Shown in pieces: positions 39,333 through 53,194 of a DNA stretch of 64,000 nt. The first letter of the stretch is position 1. The number at the start of each line of letters is the position of its first letter. The notes under the pieces are model-generated. The model searched no databases. It saw only the letters and a list, made by a program, of their open reading frames with translations, and had not been told where the DNA came from. The position numbers and the translations under genes are program-made. The DNA comes from Octopus sinensis. Its lineage: Eukaryota. The stretch is taken from assembly GCF_006345805.1 (NCBI RefSeq), contig NC_043000.1, positions 95,728,001-95,792,000 on the forward strand, in the 5' to 3' direction.

Positions 39333-41539
39333 CATTTACACATGCGTATGGCCATCCACATATACAGGCATGTCCTCCATCACAACCCCCACTTCCCCTC
39401 ACTCATAATTCTGTCCTTTGGCAAAACTCATCCACAACAACCTCCACCACCTTTCTGCAGATTCCTCAGGTTTCCTCTCAACATTACTTACTTTCTAAAA
39501 TCTACTTTCACACTTTTATGGCACATCTCTATCCTCTCTGAGCTCCTTCACTATTCCCTGTGGGTAGGTCCTCTCCCTCTCACTATCTGTCTTTTTTTCT
39601 CTCTCTCTCCCATCTTAATCCACATCCTTGTCCTACTGGGGTAGCCAAGTGTCACCTCTATAGTAAGACAGCTATTTCTAACCTGTCATACTCCAATCTC
39701 TCGCTTAGCACATAGCCACTTTTCTCAGTTCCTCTCCCTCTCTCAGTTGAGATGTTCTTGTCTTGCAAGTCACTTGGCTACCTCACAGCTATTAGTGCCA
39801 TGTAAAAAAACACCAATGCCAGCACCATGTAAAGAGCTTCCAGTACACTCTGTAAATTGGTTGGTGTTAGGAAAGGCATCCAGCCACAAAAACCATGCCA
39901 AAACAGACAACTGGTGCGCACACACACACCACTTGCAAACTCCTGTCAAATCATCCAACCCATGCCAGCATGGAGAATGGCTGTTGAAGGATGATGATGC
40001 CCGTATGTTTATATAAAAAAATTGCTGCTTTATAAGATGAGACAGGTCATTTTGCAGCATTAGATAATAGATGGAATAACTTTTGTTCAAGAATGAAAGC
40101 AATTTAAAATGATAAAAATTTCTATACAAAATTCTTCACTGAACATAATTCTTTACAATTAATCTTATTTCTTTACAACAGAAGCCAGTCAAGAAAGTAT
40201 TAAAGTCCAACGCAACTACATGTAATGATGATAAAATCATTGCAGGGCCTAAGTTGACAGCAATCAAGAAGTTCCAGCCAGTATCATCAACATCTTTTGT
40301 ATATCTAAGACATTATCCATTGAGTCCTCTCTTTTTTAAGGGAAGTAGAACATAGTGTGAGAGGGATGTGGTTGCTTTTTTTTAGCAAGTTGTTGTTTAT
40401 CCCCCAAGGTAACTCTAATCAAGCAGACTTAAGCTTAAAAGCATTGTGATCATTTCATCTTTTTCCAAGACTAATCCTCCTTGGATCACATTATCCAACA
40501 TACCATTTTCTAAGATGATAGGGTATGATATAAACTAGATTTTGTTGCTCTTTCTAGTAAGTTGTGACCAAAGAGACGTACTGTTGTTGTGTAATAATGT
40601 TGAAGTATTAAAAGAGACTGCCAAGTAAAAATCATGAATAGAATTTAAAAAATAACTTGCTAATGAATCAATCCACAATGCAGGTTATTTTCTATTTTAA
40701 CAAAAGTCCTTATATAACGTAGATAGTAAAAAGGCAAACCAAACTTGCTGAGCAAGATAACATGGTCACATAGTCATTAAATAATAAAAGAACCAAGCAG
40801 TTTCCTATATTAAGATATACTTGTATTTCATATGAAAATTTATTTCTTTATTGCCCACAGGAGGCTAAACATAGAGGAAACAGACAAAGGGATGAGAAAA
40901 TGCAGATGACCCAATGGTTAGGTGGGCTCTTGATGATAAGGTAATGGATTCAATACTTGGCCCAAGTGGATCATTGTGTCCTTGAGCAAGACATTTCACA
41001 TTACTCCCAATCCTCCCAGTAGGTAAAAATGGACAATTAACACTGGTAGAGCATCTGGCTAGTGTCAAGTTAGCTGATATGTTGATATGACTAAAAACCC
41101 TCAGCCATGAAAGATGGCTACATCCAGCAGTTGACAGCTATATCCTATCTTTACCCTGTTATTTATACTCATTTTCCAGCTAACGTTTTCAAATTTGGAC
41201 CTTTGTATATCGTTAGAAGAAATGTTGCTAACCACTGAACTATGAAGTAAAAGGAGCTGACCTATTGTGCCCTGGGACACAATACAATTGTTGCAGTAGC
41301 ATGGTTGGGATTTATTACATGATCTGCCATCCCCAACTCTATCCTTTTACCACTACCTTCTTACACCCTCATAAACTTAACTACTGTCTGTTCTCTGTTA
41401 CACTTCTCATTCATATTCACCTTCTTGTACCTTGAGGGTGACACCTAACCACTACCATCTTTTCTCCTTTTCTCTCTTTCTCGCTGGTGGAGCCATGCAT
41501 CTCGTCAACAGCAAGATACCTGTTCCTGTCCCTCTATCT

Positions 41540-41793
41540 CAGTGGTTCTCAACCAAGGTCCATATAAGATTTTTGGGGGTCCACACAACAAAATAGTAAA
41601 TTGGGAATCCACAATAGTATTTCAAAGGCCCTTAAAAAAATTTTGCTTAAGATGTATGTATTGCAGGAAACAGGTTTCTTTCTCTTAACTTTTTACATGG
41701 TTCAACCTACAATAAATAACATTCTATGAAACTAGTTTTTAAACATCAAATAGCAATGGAGGTCCATCGGAATAAAATGGTTGAGGACCCCTA
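41540..41793. mobile_element. hAT (Charlie-like) MITE
   Basis: CAGTGGTTCTCAACC ... GGTTGAGGACCCCTA terminal inverted repeats. The 8-bp flanks match only partly (CTCTATCT / CTTAATTT). Confidence 0.65.
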
Positions 41794-44700
41794 CTTAATT
41801 TAATCTCTTATTACATGGCATAAATCTACCACCTCTAATACTACAGCCCCACTCAGTTGAGGGATTCTTGTCTTAAGAGTCACTTGATGACTTCATTAGT
41901 GCTGGTGTCACAAAAAAACTCAATAGATGCTGTAAAGTGATTGGTGTTAGGAAGGGCTTCAAGCTGTAGGAACCATGCCAAAGCAGACATTCAAGCTCAA
42001 CACAGTCCTCTAACTTGCAGACACCCATCCAACACATGCCAGTATGGGAGACAGAAGCTAAATGATGATGATGCCTTAAATTTGCAGCCTTTGTGCCAAA
42101 TTAGTTAGACGAGAAAATTTTTTTTTTTAAATAGTGATTTTTGACTCTGTAAAGGACCAAATGTGCAGGTGAGAGGGAAGAATAGTAATTGTGAATGGAA
42201 TGGAGTGGCTTCACTTTTTTTCTCCACCAAATTCCAAAGAATTGAAAAACAAAAGCAACTATGCTAAGATGCACCAAATTAAATACCGTAAAGCATTCAA
42301 ATAAGCTATATCTACCATGTGTATGATTTCCATTCAGATAAAAATTAATAAGATTTTGAAAACAGAGATGAGGACATTGCAGATAAAAGTGTTAGTTTTT
42401 CTAGGTACTGTATAAGTGGGTCACAGTTTCAAATTGAGATGCAGGAACTGCAGTATGCACCAGTTTTAGTCCACAAAACATTAAAAATGACTGCTTTGCT
42501 CAATGTCCCTTATTTGAAAGCAGTAAAGTGTAATTTGAGGGAAATTTAACAGCTCAGTGTAAAAGTTTGACTATTAACTCAATTAATGTAATGATCAGGT
42601 TGAGTGTAAATAAACTAGCTTTCTTTTTAAGAAATTATCTAGAGAATTCATATAACAGATCAAACATCTATTCTTCATAGTTCTGTGGTTGGCAATAGAA
42701 AAAAACATTTATTTCATCAATATACAAATATCCAAATTTGAAAATGTTAGCCCATCCATGTCAAGAGACAACGAGTATACAAAAGTGGGGTGCTGAATGG
42801 AATATCTATAAGATAAATGCTATATTCCTGTATGGAAATAACACATTTCACACTTAAATTAGGATTCTGATTCTTTGACCCTTTCAGGTACTTGTGAAAT
42901 ATTGATGAACCTCATTGCCTGCCAAAAAATTTGTAGCCGTTTGTCTATTAGAAGTCATTAAAGTATCTGTAAGAATGAAACATTAAGAAACCATAATCAG
43001 CTGATAGGTTAACTGGTCAAAGAAATCTGTGACAATTTCATATACAATTTGTCCAGTTAGGCTTCCCATCCATGTGGTTTTAGGTTTACACACACTGCAT
43101 GACACCTTAGACAAGTGTCTTCTTACACAGCTTCAGATAAGGAGGTAGTAGATAGACACTTAAAGCCTAGTAAAAAGTTTGCTTTTCAATCACATGGTTC
43201 TGGGTTCAGTCCCACTGTATGGTACCTTGGGCAAAATGTCTTCTAGTATAGCTCAGGGCTAGCCAAAGCTTTCTGGGTGGTTTTGGTCAACAGAAATTGA
43301 AAGCCCATCATGTATATGCATGGTACGTTGGGCAAATGTCTTTAATGCCGTGGGTCAACCAAAAGCCTTGTGAGTGGATTTAGTAGATGGAAAGAAACCT
43401 GTTATGTGTACATGTATGCAATGTGTGTTTGTGTCTCTTTCTCTTGACATCACACAAAGAGTATCATTTGTTTCCAATATTCTGCAAGAACATGCCTGGC
43501 CATGGGAAAATACTATCTTGCTTGAAAACAAAAGGGTTTGCAACAGGAAGGGCATTCAAATGTAGAAAAAGTTCGCCTCAATAAGCTCCGCAAACATGGA
43601 AAAGTGGACATTAAAATTGTGCAATATGTCTGGACATGTCCTTTGTTTCCCATCTTCCATGAAAATACATCTGGCCATGAGGAAATTACAATTATATGGA
43701 AATAGATGAGAGCTAGCAACAGGAAAAGCAGCCAGCTGTAAAAAATTCTGCATCGATGAATAAGTACCAGTTGAACACGGGTTGATATAACTGACTTAAC
43801 CCTTCCCTAAAAATTGCTGGCCTTGTACCAAAATTTGAAATCACTATTACTGAATACGTTGATGCAAGAACAGTTATATGGTTATCATATTTGTTTCACA
43901 ACCACACCCTTCAGGTTCAATCCTACAGCTTTGCACTGTGAAAGGGTCTTATAAAGTCCGCCACAGCCACAAGAGGAGCAATTCTCTGAGTGGATTTTAG
44001 TACACAGAAACTACAAAGAAGCCTATTATGTGGGTATGTGCATACAGATAGATTGATGCATTTGGTGTAGACATGTATATAGTTTATATCATGTTCGGTA
44101 AGTTCACTGTCATCAATTCGCCACTGGGAAAGTTCACCATCATCAATTCATTGTCTTTTTTCTTTCAATAAAATAGTTTTTAACTAATAATGGTGAGATA
44201 CTATGGATATTTTTCTTGGTAAATTTTCTTCATGGTGAATTGATGGCAGTGAACTTACTTGTAATCAGTTTGTATGTATCCATGTTTGTGTGTGTATGTG
44301 ACAACACTGCTGGTTAAAACCAGTACCATGTTAAAATGGTACCATAACCATGCAATAAAATAACCAAGTATTGGGATCACTGTGATCAACTAAAAAACCC
44401 TGAAAATGGTACTGCAACATGGCCACAGACCAATGATGAAAAACAGTAAAGAAATATAAGAAAAGAGTAATACCTTAAAAAATTAAATTGTATAAAGTAA
44501 ATGGCTTCTGGTTCAGTCCCACTGTGTAGCACCTTTGGTAAATGCATTTCACTTTAGCCTTGGGCAGACCAAAGATTTATGAGTGAATTTGGTAGATGGG
44601 AGCTGAAAGAAACACACTATATGTGTGTGTCTCTTTGTCTTGATATCATGTGATAGCTGTAAGGGTGTCACTATCATACAAGCAGTGTCATTCATTTCCA

Positions 44701-44839
44701 GTCTTCTATAAAAATATGACCAGCTAGGGCCTTACTCAGAAATAGATGAGGGTTGGCAACAAGAAGGGCATCCAGCTATAAAGAATCTGCCTGAACATAT
44801 TCTATCTGACCCATATAAGTATGAAAAAAGACACATTAA

Positions 44840-45060
44840 CCCTTTAGCATTTAAACCAGCTATATCCAGCCAAAATATTCTAACTTTTTTATTTTCAGAC
44901 TGGCCAGATCCAGCTTCTGACATTTTACCTTACACTGTTATTCTAGAAATAAACAATCTCATCATTGAAATTTCAAAGCTACTAAGTAATGCATGACTAA
45001 TGCAAAAAAAAATTTGAATGAACAAGCATTATATTTTAAGGAAATCTGAATGCTAAAAAG
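44840..45060. mobile_element. piggyBac-like MITE (221 bp), second family
   Basis: TTAA|CCCTTTAGCATT ... AATGCTAAAAAG|TTAA. Confidence 0.8.
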
Positions 45061-45394
45061 TTAAAACCATGATATTCAATGTTTGAAAGAAATAATATAT
45101 ATATATATATAGAAAAACAATGAAATTATCTGTAATTGAAGCAACAAATGTGAACTGACAATTTACATATATATATATATATATATATACTGTTCATTCA
45201 TTGTACATCTGTTTTTCCAAGCTAACATGAGTTGGACAAATATGCATTCACGTATGGTTTTATTTTTACAGCTAGATGCCTTTCCTGTTGCTAATCCATA
45301 ACTTATTTTAATCAATGGATTCCACTAATCTTCAAAAGCATAGTGCTGCAGGATGGTTTGTTTTACACACACATATATGTATATATTTATCTAT

Positions 45395-45588
45395 TACTTG
45401 TTTCAATCATTAAAATGCAGTCATAGTGAGGCACCACCTGAATTTTTAGTTGGATAAATCAACCCCAGTACTTATTTTTCTTGTAAGCCTGGTGTTTATT
45501 CTATTAGTCATTTTACTGAACCACTAAGTTACGGAGATGTAAACACACCAGTACTAGCAGTGATGGGGAAAAACAAAGATACACATAC

Positions 45589-45619
<31 letters not shown>

Positions 45620-45792
45620 CACACACACATATATACGATGGGCTTCTTTCAGTTTCCATTTACCAAATCCTCTTACAATCTGGTCAACCTGAGGTTATAG
45701 AAGACACTTACTCCTAGTACCTCACAGTGGGATTGAACTGAGGACCATGTGGTTGGGAAGCAAGCTTCTTACCACACACCCATGCCTGCACC
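45395..45792 (-). mobile_element. tRNA-derived SINE
   Basis: Reverse-orientation homologue of the 37147 SINE, with head AGGTGCAGGCATGGGTGTGTGGTAAGAAG and tail TGATTGAAACAAGTA. Confidence 0.75.
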
Positions 45793-45808
45793 TATATATA
45801 CATAAACA

Positions 45809-46175
45809 CGAGTGGCTGTGTGATAAGTAGCTTGCTTACCAACCTGGAACCATGGTTCTGGGTTCATTCCCACTGCGTGGCACCTTGGGCAAGTGTCTCC
45901 TACTATACCCTCGGGCCGACCAATGCCTTGTGAGTGGATCTGGTAGATGGAAACTGAAAGAAGCCCATTGTATATATATATATATGTCTGTGTTTGTCCT
46001 CCCAACCGATGGTGGTGTGTTTATGTCCCTGTAACTTAGCGGTTAGGCAAAAGAGACCGATAGATTAAGTATTAGGCTTCCAAAGAACAAGTCCTGGGGT
46101 CGATTTGCTCGACTAAAGGCAGTGCTCAAGGATGGCCGCAGTCAAATGACTGAAACAAGTAAAAGAGTAAAGGAG
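45809..46175 (+). mobile_element. tRNA-derived SINE
   Basis: GAGTGGCTGTGTGATAAGTAGCTTGCTTACCAACC...GGTTCATTCCC...CAGTCAAATGACTGAAACAAGTAAAAGAGTA, colinear with the 37147 copy. Confidence 0.85.
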
Positions 46176-46792
46176 TATACATACATGTAAGTTGCTTACA
46201 CACCACAGGAAATAACTGTATAAATACAAGCCAACAAAAAGTAAAATCTTTTAAGACACCTTACTCTTAAATGAGGAAGAATACATTGGATAATGTGGTC
46301 CTGGATGCATTATGACTGACTAAAAGATGGGATAGTCATAGCTGGAACACCTTTGATTATAAAACTATTCAATTAGAGTTTGAGTTGGTGGGAATGGGGA
46401 GATCTCAACATTTTACAATACCCTGAATGACCACAAGGAAATGTCAGGCAAGTATTTCAGTGTTTCAGGTAACTGAAGAATGCTGTAATAATTTCAGCTT
46501 ATTAAGTACAAATATTACAGAATACTATATCCATCCACATTTATTAGACAACCATTACTAATGGATTCAGAGAAAATAAAATTTTGTGAAATCACAAAGG
46601 TAAAATAGTCAAAAGTAGCAATCAAGCTCTAAAGTCAAAATGAGATGCTTTTTTATTTGAGTAGCATCACTTTAATAGAACATGTTGAACTTCTGAGTAC
46701 CAGCGATCACAGACATTATTTTATATCTCTGTTTCTAAAATTGGAACAGTTTCCACTAACTTGAATATTTATGTTGTCACAAGTTATCTTAA

Positions 46793-46992
46793 CCCTTTAG
46801 CATTCAGATTACTTTGTCAAATGTAATGCTTTATATATTCATGTTGTTTTAGATTAATCATGTAGCTTTGAGATTTCAATGATGTGATTTTCTTTTTAAG
46901 ATTGACATTGTAAGGTGGGTGTGAGATGTTGGATCTGGCCAGTTTGAACATAAAACATGTAGAATATTTAAGCCAGTTTAAATGCTAAAGGG
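46793..46992. mobile_element. piggyBac-like MITE (200 bp), inverted relative to the 44840 copy
   Basis: TTAA|CCCTTTAGCATT ... AATGCTAAAGGG|TTAA. Internal GGATCTGGCCAG is the reverse complement of CTGGCCAGATCC in the 44840 copy. Confidence 0.85.
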
Positions 46993-49199
46993 TTAAGCTG
47001 AATGACCCCCACTCCATTTATTAACTAATGAAATTCTTTGTTTTTGATCTATTTTGTACTTGTTTTTTTCCATGGGTGAGACAACTATATAATTGAGATA
47101 ATGTTTTATAGTTGAATACCCTTAACTGTTTTTTGAATAGGATTTCACATATTTTTGAAGGTGCAATGGCACTGAATGATTTGTTGACAGGAGAAATGAC
47201 AGCAACATTACTGCTTGTAGCTTGTGATTTTTGGAGAAATACAATTGTAAACTAACATGTATGCATATATGTATCATCAATTAACATCCACTTTTCCATG
47301 TCTGCATGGATCAGATGGAATTTGCTAGGATAGATATTTTCCATAGCCAGATACACATCTTGTCACCAACCCTTATTTCCAAGCAGGGTAATATTTCCCC
47401 AAGGCCAGAAGTGCTTTTTTTTTGGCTTGTATGACAGTGATGTTCATTTATATCAATTCCATGTCAATACATACATAAATACACAGATATAGATGTGTTT
47501 TTGTATGTGTTTATATAAATATATATGCAAATGAACTTCTTTCAATTTTTGTCTGCCAAATCTACTCACAAGGCTTTGGTTAGCCTGAAGATTACAGATG
47601 ACACCTGCCCAAGGTGTTGTGCAGTGTGACTGAACCTGAAAGCACATAGTTGGAAAGTAAGCTTCTTAACCACACAGCTATGCTTGAACATATGAATAAA
47701 AAAAAACAGGTCTCTAAATTAAGGGCACAGGATGATAGCTGTGGTAAGGCTTGACTATATGATCTTCAGCAGTTAATCCGATACTAACCCACACTACTGA
47801 AAAAACATCACTTTTCATTTTTTTTTTTGTCTTCAATGCATTTTAATAACTTTTGGGGTTATGTTAAATTATACAAATAAAAATGTACTTACTGATTATC
47901 AAGGGGGTACATTCCATCATTTAACATCAGTAATTCCATTTAACATATGTTCAAATTTAACAAAAATATGATTTTGCCAAAAATGTAATAGTAAAGAAAC
48001 CATCCTGAAAAATAAAAATAAATGATTACAATTAAAAACGTTACTAATTAGATGAAGTTAAATCCTAATTTGCATCATTCTGAAATTAAATTGCTTAAGC
48101 AAAAATACTTGAAGTCATAAAATCAAATTTAATCTGCATTCATTATCTACACTTAGCTAATACAAGTTCCAAATAAACTATTCTATGCTCATTTTACCTT
48201 ATAAAATTTCATCCACAAAAATATCAAGTTTGATTTTGAAATCACTAAATATTTTCCATACTAAATTGGTTAGTGATAGGAAAAGTTTGTATCTAACAAA
48301 ACTTCAAGTAATTAAAATCTGCTACAGTGGTGCGTATGTGTGTATGCAGCAATGCACAATTGAATTTCTTAGTAACTAAGATGTCTTATGCTTGCATGGG
48401 TCAGACAGAATTTTGTTGAAGTAGATTTCTTATGGTTGGATGCCCTTCTTATCACCAACCCTTACTTGTTTCCAAATAAGGTAATATTTCCCTTTGCCAG
48501 AACATGCTTTTACAGAAGACTGGAAATGAATGACACTGCTTGTCTGCTAGTAACACTCCTTTAAATCACTCAATGTCAAGACAAAGAGACACAAATACAT
48601 ATACGATGGGCTTCTTTCAGTTTCTGTCTGTGAAATTCACAAGGATTTGGTCAGTCCAAGGCTAGGGAGGAGACACTTGCCCAAGATGCCATACAATGGG
48701 ATTGAGCCTGGAACCATGTGGTTCAGAAGCTAGCTTGCTAGACAGCCACCCTTGCTCCATGTACTGCATATATATATAGGGTCTTAGTTTGCAAGTAACA
48801 TGGTGGCCTCAGTAGTGCTGGTGCCAAGGAAAAAGCATTAAATACACTCTGCAAAGTGGTTGGTATTAGGAAGGGCCTCCAACCTCAAAATACCATGCCA
48901 AAGTAGATGTTGGAACATCATGCAGTCTTTTGATCTGCCAGATACTGTAAAATTACTCAACCCATGTCAGTATGGTTGAAGATGATCTATATGTGTGTGT
49001 GTGTATATATATTTCTATATGTGTATATATATATATATATACACACACACACATACATACAGGTCAAAGTGCAATTTCTCGTTTACATAATATTCAAAAA
49101 CAGCTGAAGTCATTATCATAGATGGATTTGATAATAGATGATATGTTCTGTTCAGTCTTACACTTTAAGTCCTCAAAGATTTTTTTTTTTTAATTACAA

Positions 49200-51700
49200 T
49201 AGCATTCATTGCTATGCGAATCATTAGAACATCAGATAAAAGTCCTTGTGGTATATCTTCCGGTTCTGTACCCTGCACTGAAAATCTTGCGAAAATCAAC
49301 TTTTTTTTTTTAAATAATTTTATGATGGATAAAGTACCAGTCAGATACTAGGGCTATTTTCCTTCATTCTCTCAGGATTAATGTATCTCGAAAATAACAA
49401 CAACGCTAGAAGGAAAGCAACGGGGAAAACCACCCTTATATTCTCCCCACCAAATTTAATTATAAGCACAGAGTGCTTGTCGTCACCAGGGGTCGTTCGT
49501 TGACCTAATGGCACCAGGAAACAATTATAAAAAGGCTATTTCGTAACAAGACAGCTTTTAAATATATTTTTAAAAATTACATTTAGTTATTTAGCCCCAG
49601 GTTACTGCTGATCAAAAGCATTCTGTAACAATCCCGTCTTTTTGTATATCAAAATCAACAGTATCCAATATAGACGGTAAGGTGAGAGTTCTGGGATATT
49701 TGACTGCTAGTTCTAGCAATTCTAGCGGACAGATTCTTTTTCGGTCTGGTATGTGAAACCGAAGTTTAAAGATCTTGTGTGAAATTTAAAAAATAATAGC
49801 TTACTTTTATAATAAAAAAATTAACTAGGGTTAACATTAGAAGTCTAAAGTGTTTTATATATTTCGAGTAACCATCGACAGGTGCTGCACAATTGCCAAA
49901 GTTATTACTTCTAAAGTAACATAAGCAATCGCAAATAACATACCCTAGTTTTATAAACAATATTACAGACCAATATATCTTTATATTAACACGATCCAAT
50001 TGTGTTAATCATAAAGAAAACTATCCACTTCACGAAAAATATATGTCCTTAAAATATATTAATCTAATATTAATGCTTGAACAGATGTTCAATATTAGTA
50101 AAAGAAAGAATAGGTTTTAGAGTAAGCACAAAATTTATACTAATTTCTCAGGTTTTAAACGATTTCAAAAATCTTGAGTAAAACTACCTGAAAGTCCGAT
50201 TAAAAAATTTATTACAAGCGAAAATTTTGACAGGTACTAAATTGAAAAATGCGTTGAGTTTTGGAAAGGTTTTACACCTTGACAAAAAAATTAAAACGTA
50301 TTATTTTAGAACAAGAAAAGATACTTCTCAAAATAGGCAGGTGAGATGAATCAAAATTGAAATAAAAGTTTTAATTACATTTTTTAATAGATAACGATAA
50401 AAAAAAGTGAAATCAAGCTCAGAATGTATGCCACGATGTCAACTTCAGAAAACAAGTTGGAGGAGTGGAGCTTTGGCAGCTGGGGCAATATCTAATGCAA
50501 CTATTATCGCAGAGAGAAAACTCAGATCCACTGCCAAAAACTGACCTCGATCATTTAATTGAGAATGAAAGGGCGAGGAAGCAGTCAAATAAAGAACATT
50601 AGTAAACATCTATATTGAACTTTTCTTTCTGCAAACCTTGCTTTGAAGTATAGTTTTCACCGAACGCTTTTCAAGAATTAACCCCCTCCCCGCTTCAGTT
50701 TTTGTTCTGCTCTCTAATTCCGGCCAAGCATAATTTTCACTAGTATACACAAACGCATCGATGAAAAAAAATTCTTCGTATAGCCTAATCCTACAAATGC
50801 AATGATATAATTCAAAATTGAAATGACATTCGTTTGCAACGAAATACGACAGTTGCTTTTATGAATAAATACAGAATATTAATTTTTTTTTTTAAAAAAG
50901 AAAAACTCAAAACTGAAAGAGAGACTTTAGGAAATCTATATAATTGAATTAATAAATATAAAAAGAAATATCAACTACCTTTTCTGATAAGAAAATTTTA
51001 AAGCAAATTTCTCGATTTTGTTTCTGTATAAAATACGTTTTACTATAGTTTTCGTGTAGCAAAAACTATTAAAAGATGCTTGACAAATAAATGGTAAGAT
51101 TTTTCCAAGATGCGATGTAGATAGTCGGTCCGAGTCGCTTACAAACCCAACAGGAAACACGCAATGAGGCCCCTTACAACATGCTGTACAGTAACTCAAG
51201 CAGCAGGAGTTAATTTCTCATTACATGTTAGATTTCTTGACGGAATTTGATCTTAAAAGTGAATTAAAAAATAGTTTCCATTCATTTAACAAAATAAAAA
51301 ATACTAATACTAATTTTAAAAATCTTTAATTTAAAATTAAAAACATATATCAACATATCTGATGACGACAGTTTTATAAATTCAGTTTAACATTTTTGAT
51401 GTTGAAAATTAAGTTGTGAGTTTTATTATTATAAAACTCAGGTAACAGTTAATTTCGTAAATATATTGTTACAAAGAAAATGTATTTTTTAATGCAGAAA
51501 ATTTATCATAATTATCCCGGAAGTTCTAATGCATAGTTTCGGTTTCATTATTGAATTATGCAATCTTTCTATTTACATGAGTAACGCAACGCAGACTAGT
51601 GCAACTTTTTATTGAGGATTTTAACTAACTTTTAAACTTGCCAGTAAGAACTGTCATCTTCGCAAAGACAGTCTTCGAATTTATTTTATTATGTTAGAGT
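49200..51700. promoter_or_regulatory. Second CpG-retaining island, candidate promoter or enhancer
   Basis: CpGs are visibly frequent here and scarce in the flanking 37.6-49.2 kb and 52-64 kb. An ETS-like CTTCCGG lies at ~49257. No transposon hallmark was recognised for most of the interval. Confidence 0.4.
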
Positions 51701-52005
51701 ATACAATTTTAGAATTTTTAAATCAAATATTCTCATGGACTTCCACCTCCATCATCAAAAATGTGATTATTTTGTTGGTTGAGCAGTTTGGAAATCATAA
51801 TTTGAAAATAATATCAGAATATTTTAATACTGATGTTTTTAAATACTTCAAAATTCATATTCCTTTTTAATCCACTTCTCATAAACATGGTAATGATACC
51901 TCTAATACAATTTCCAGATGTTATTCTGAAATATTATAAGGAAATTATCAATTAACTTTACTAAAACGTCTGGGCATCACTATTCCAGATTTTCAGATGT
52001 GTGTG

Positions 52006-52045
<40 letters not shown>

Positions 52046-53194
52046 GAATTAAGTCTACCATTAGTTTCATGTCAAGAAAAGTCAGAAAATATCCTAGTGT
52101 CTTAATTTTTCAAGCTGATCACATGGAAAAAGGTGTTAAGAAACTAGGGTATTTTCCTATTTTTCCATGAAACCACAAATAAAGAAATTATATCCACCAA
52201 TGCGGTGTTAAGCACTTGTTTTCATCATTTGACATTTACATATGTGTGTGTGTGTGTATATATATAGATACATATATATAGCAAACATGTAAATTTATTT
52301 ATTAAACACTAAACTAAATATTATTTGTATGATGTTGGCAGCAAAATAGCTGTCATCCTATGGATATCAACTGGTGAAATAAGTATATTCATCTCATATA
52401 TCCTGAATTTATTTGTATCCTAATACCCCTCATGAAACTGTTCACTGATTGGATTTACTGGATTTCAACTACATAGGACTCTACATTACATTTCTACATA
52501 TTGGTTTAGTAGGATGTTTGTAGCCAGATCCACCAAAGGAGCTTCTTTGTGGTTACCACTGGATTATATAAATCCATATATCATGCATTAAATATATATT
52601 TATTCATTTAATGCACTCATACCCTTATATATATAAGGGAACAAGAAATTATGTGTGAGTGTATGTATGTTGGATATGATGTGAAACTGCTGGTTGTGAG
52701 GCTCTGGTCTGGGAGTTCTAACGTTTTGAGGAATGAGGAACTGCCTCTGAGCCATTACTGTTCCATGATCTACTCTAACCCAGAGTAGTAGCATCTATCA
52801 GAGACCCATCTATGGATTAACTAGCATATGTGATGACATTTCATCTCAGCACAGAAATACTCTTTGTTGGTGTCAGGGTGCTCAGTAAAACCACAAAGAG
52901 TGAGGAACTCTTAGCTATTGTCACAGTATCCTTCTAGGAGAGGGACACTGTTGTAAAACCAACAGTTTCACTTGGTTGCTGGTCATCTCACTTCAGCTTG
53001 TCACTAGGTTCTAATCAGAGAATCAGAGAATGGTATTTGTGTTGTACAGGCATTTATCACTAGAATCCAATGACATACAAATGCCTCTTTACGTTGACCT
53101 CATTTGTCATTCCATCTACTCGAAGTCCTATGGCAATGGAAGAGTGGTAACATGTGCAGACCTAACCAGTTGGAAGTGCACAGTAAGGCATATA

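Noticed and set aside
42888-42970. Exon-like segment readable on both strands (GTCEILMNL... / TLMTSNRQTATNFLAGNE...)
   Set aside because: Both strands have good acceptors but there is no convincing in-frame donor and no recognisable homology. It needs RNA data.
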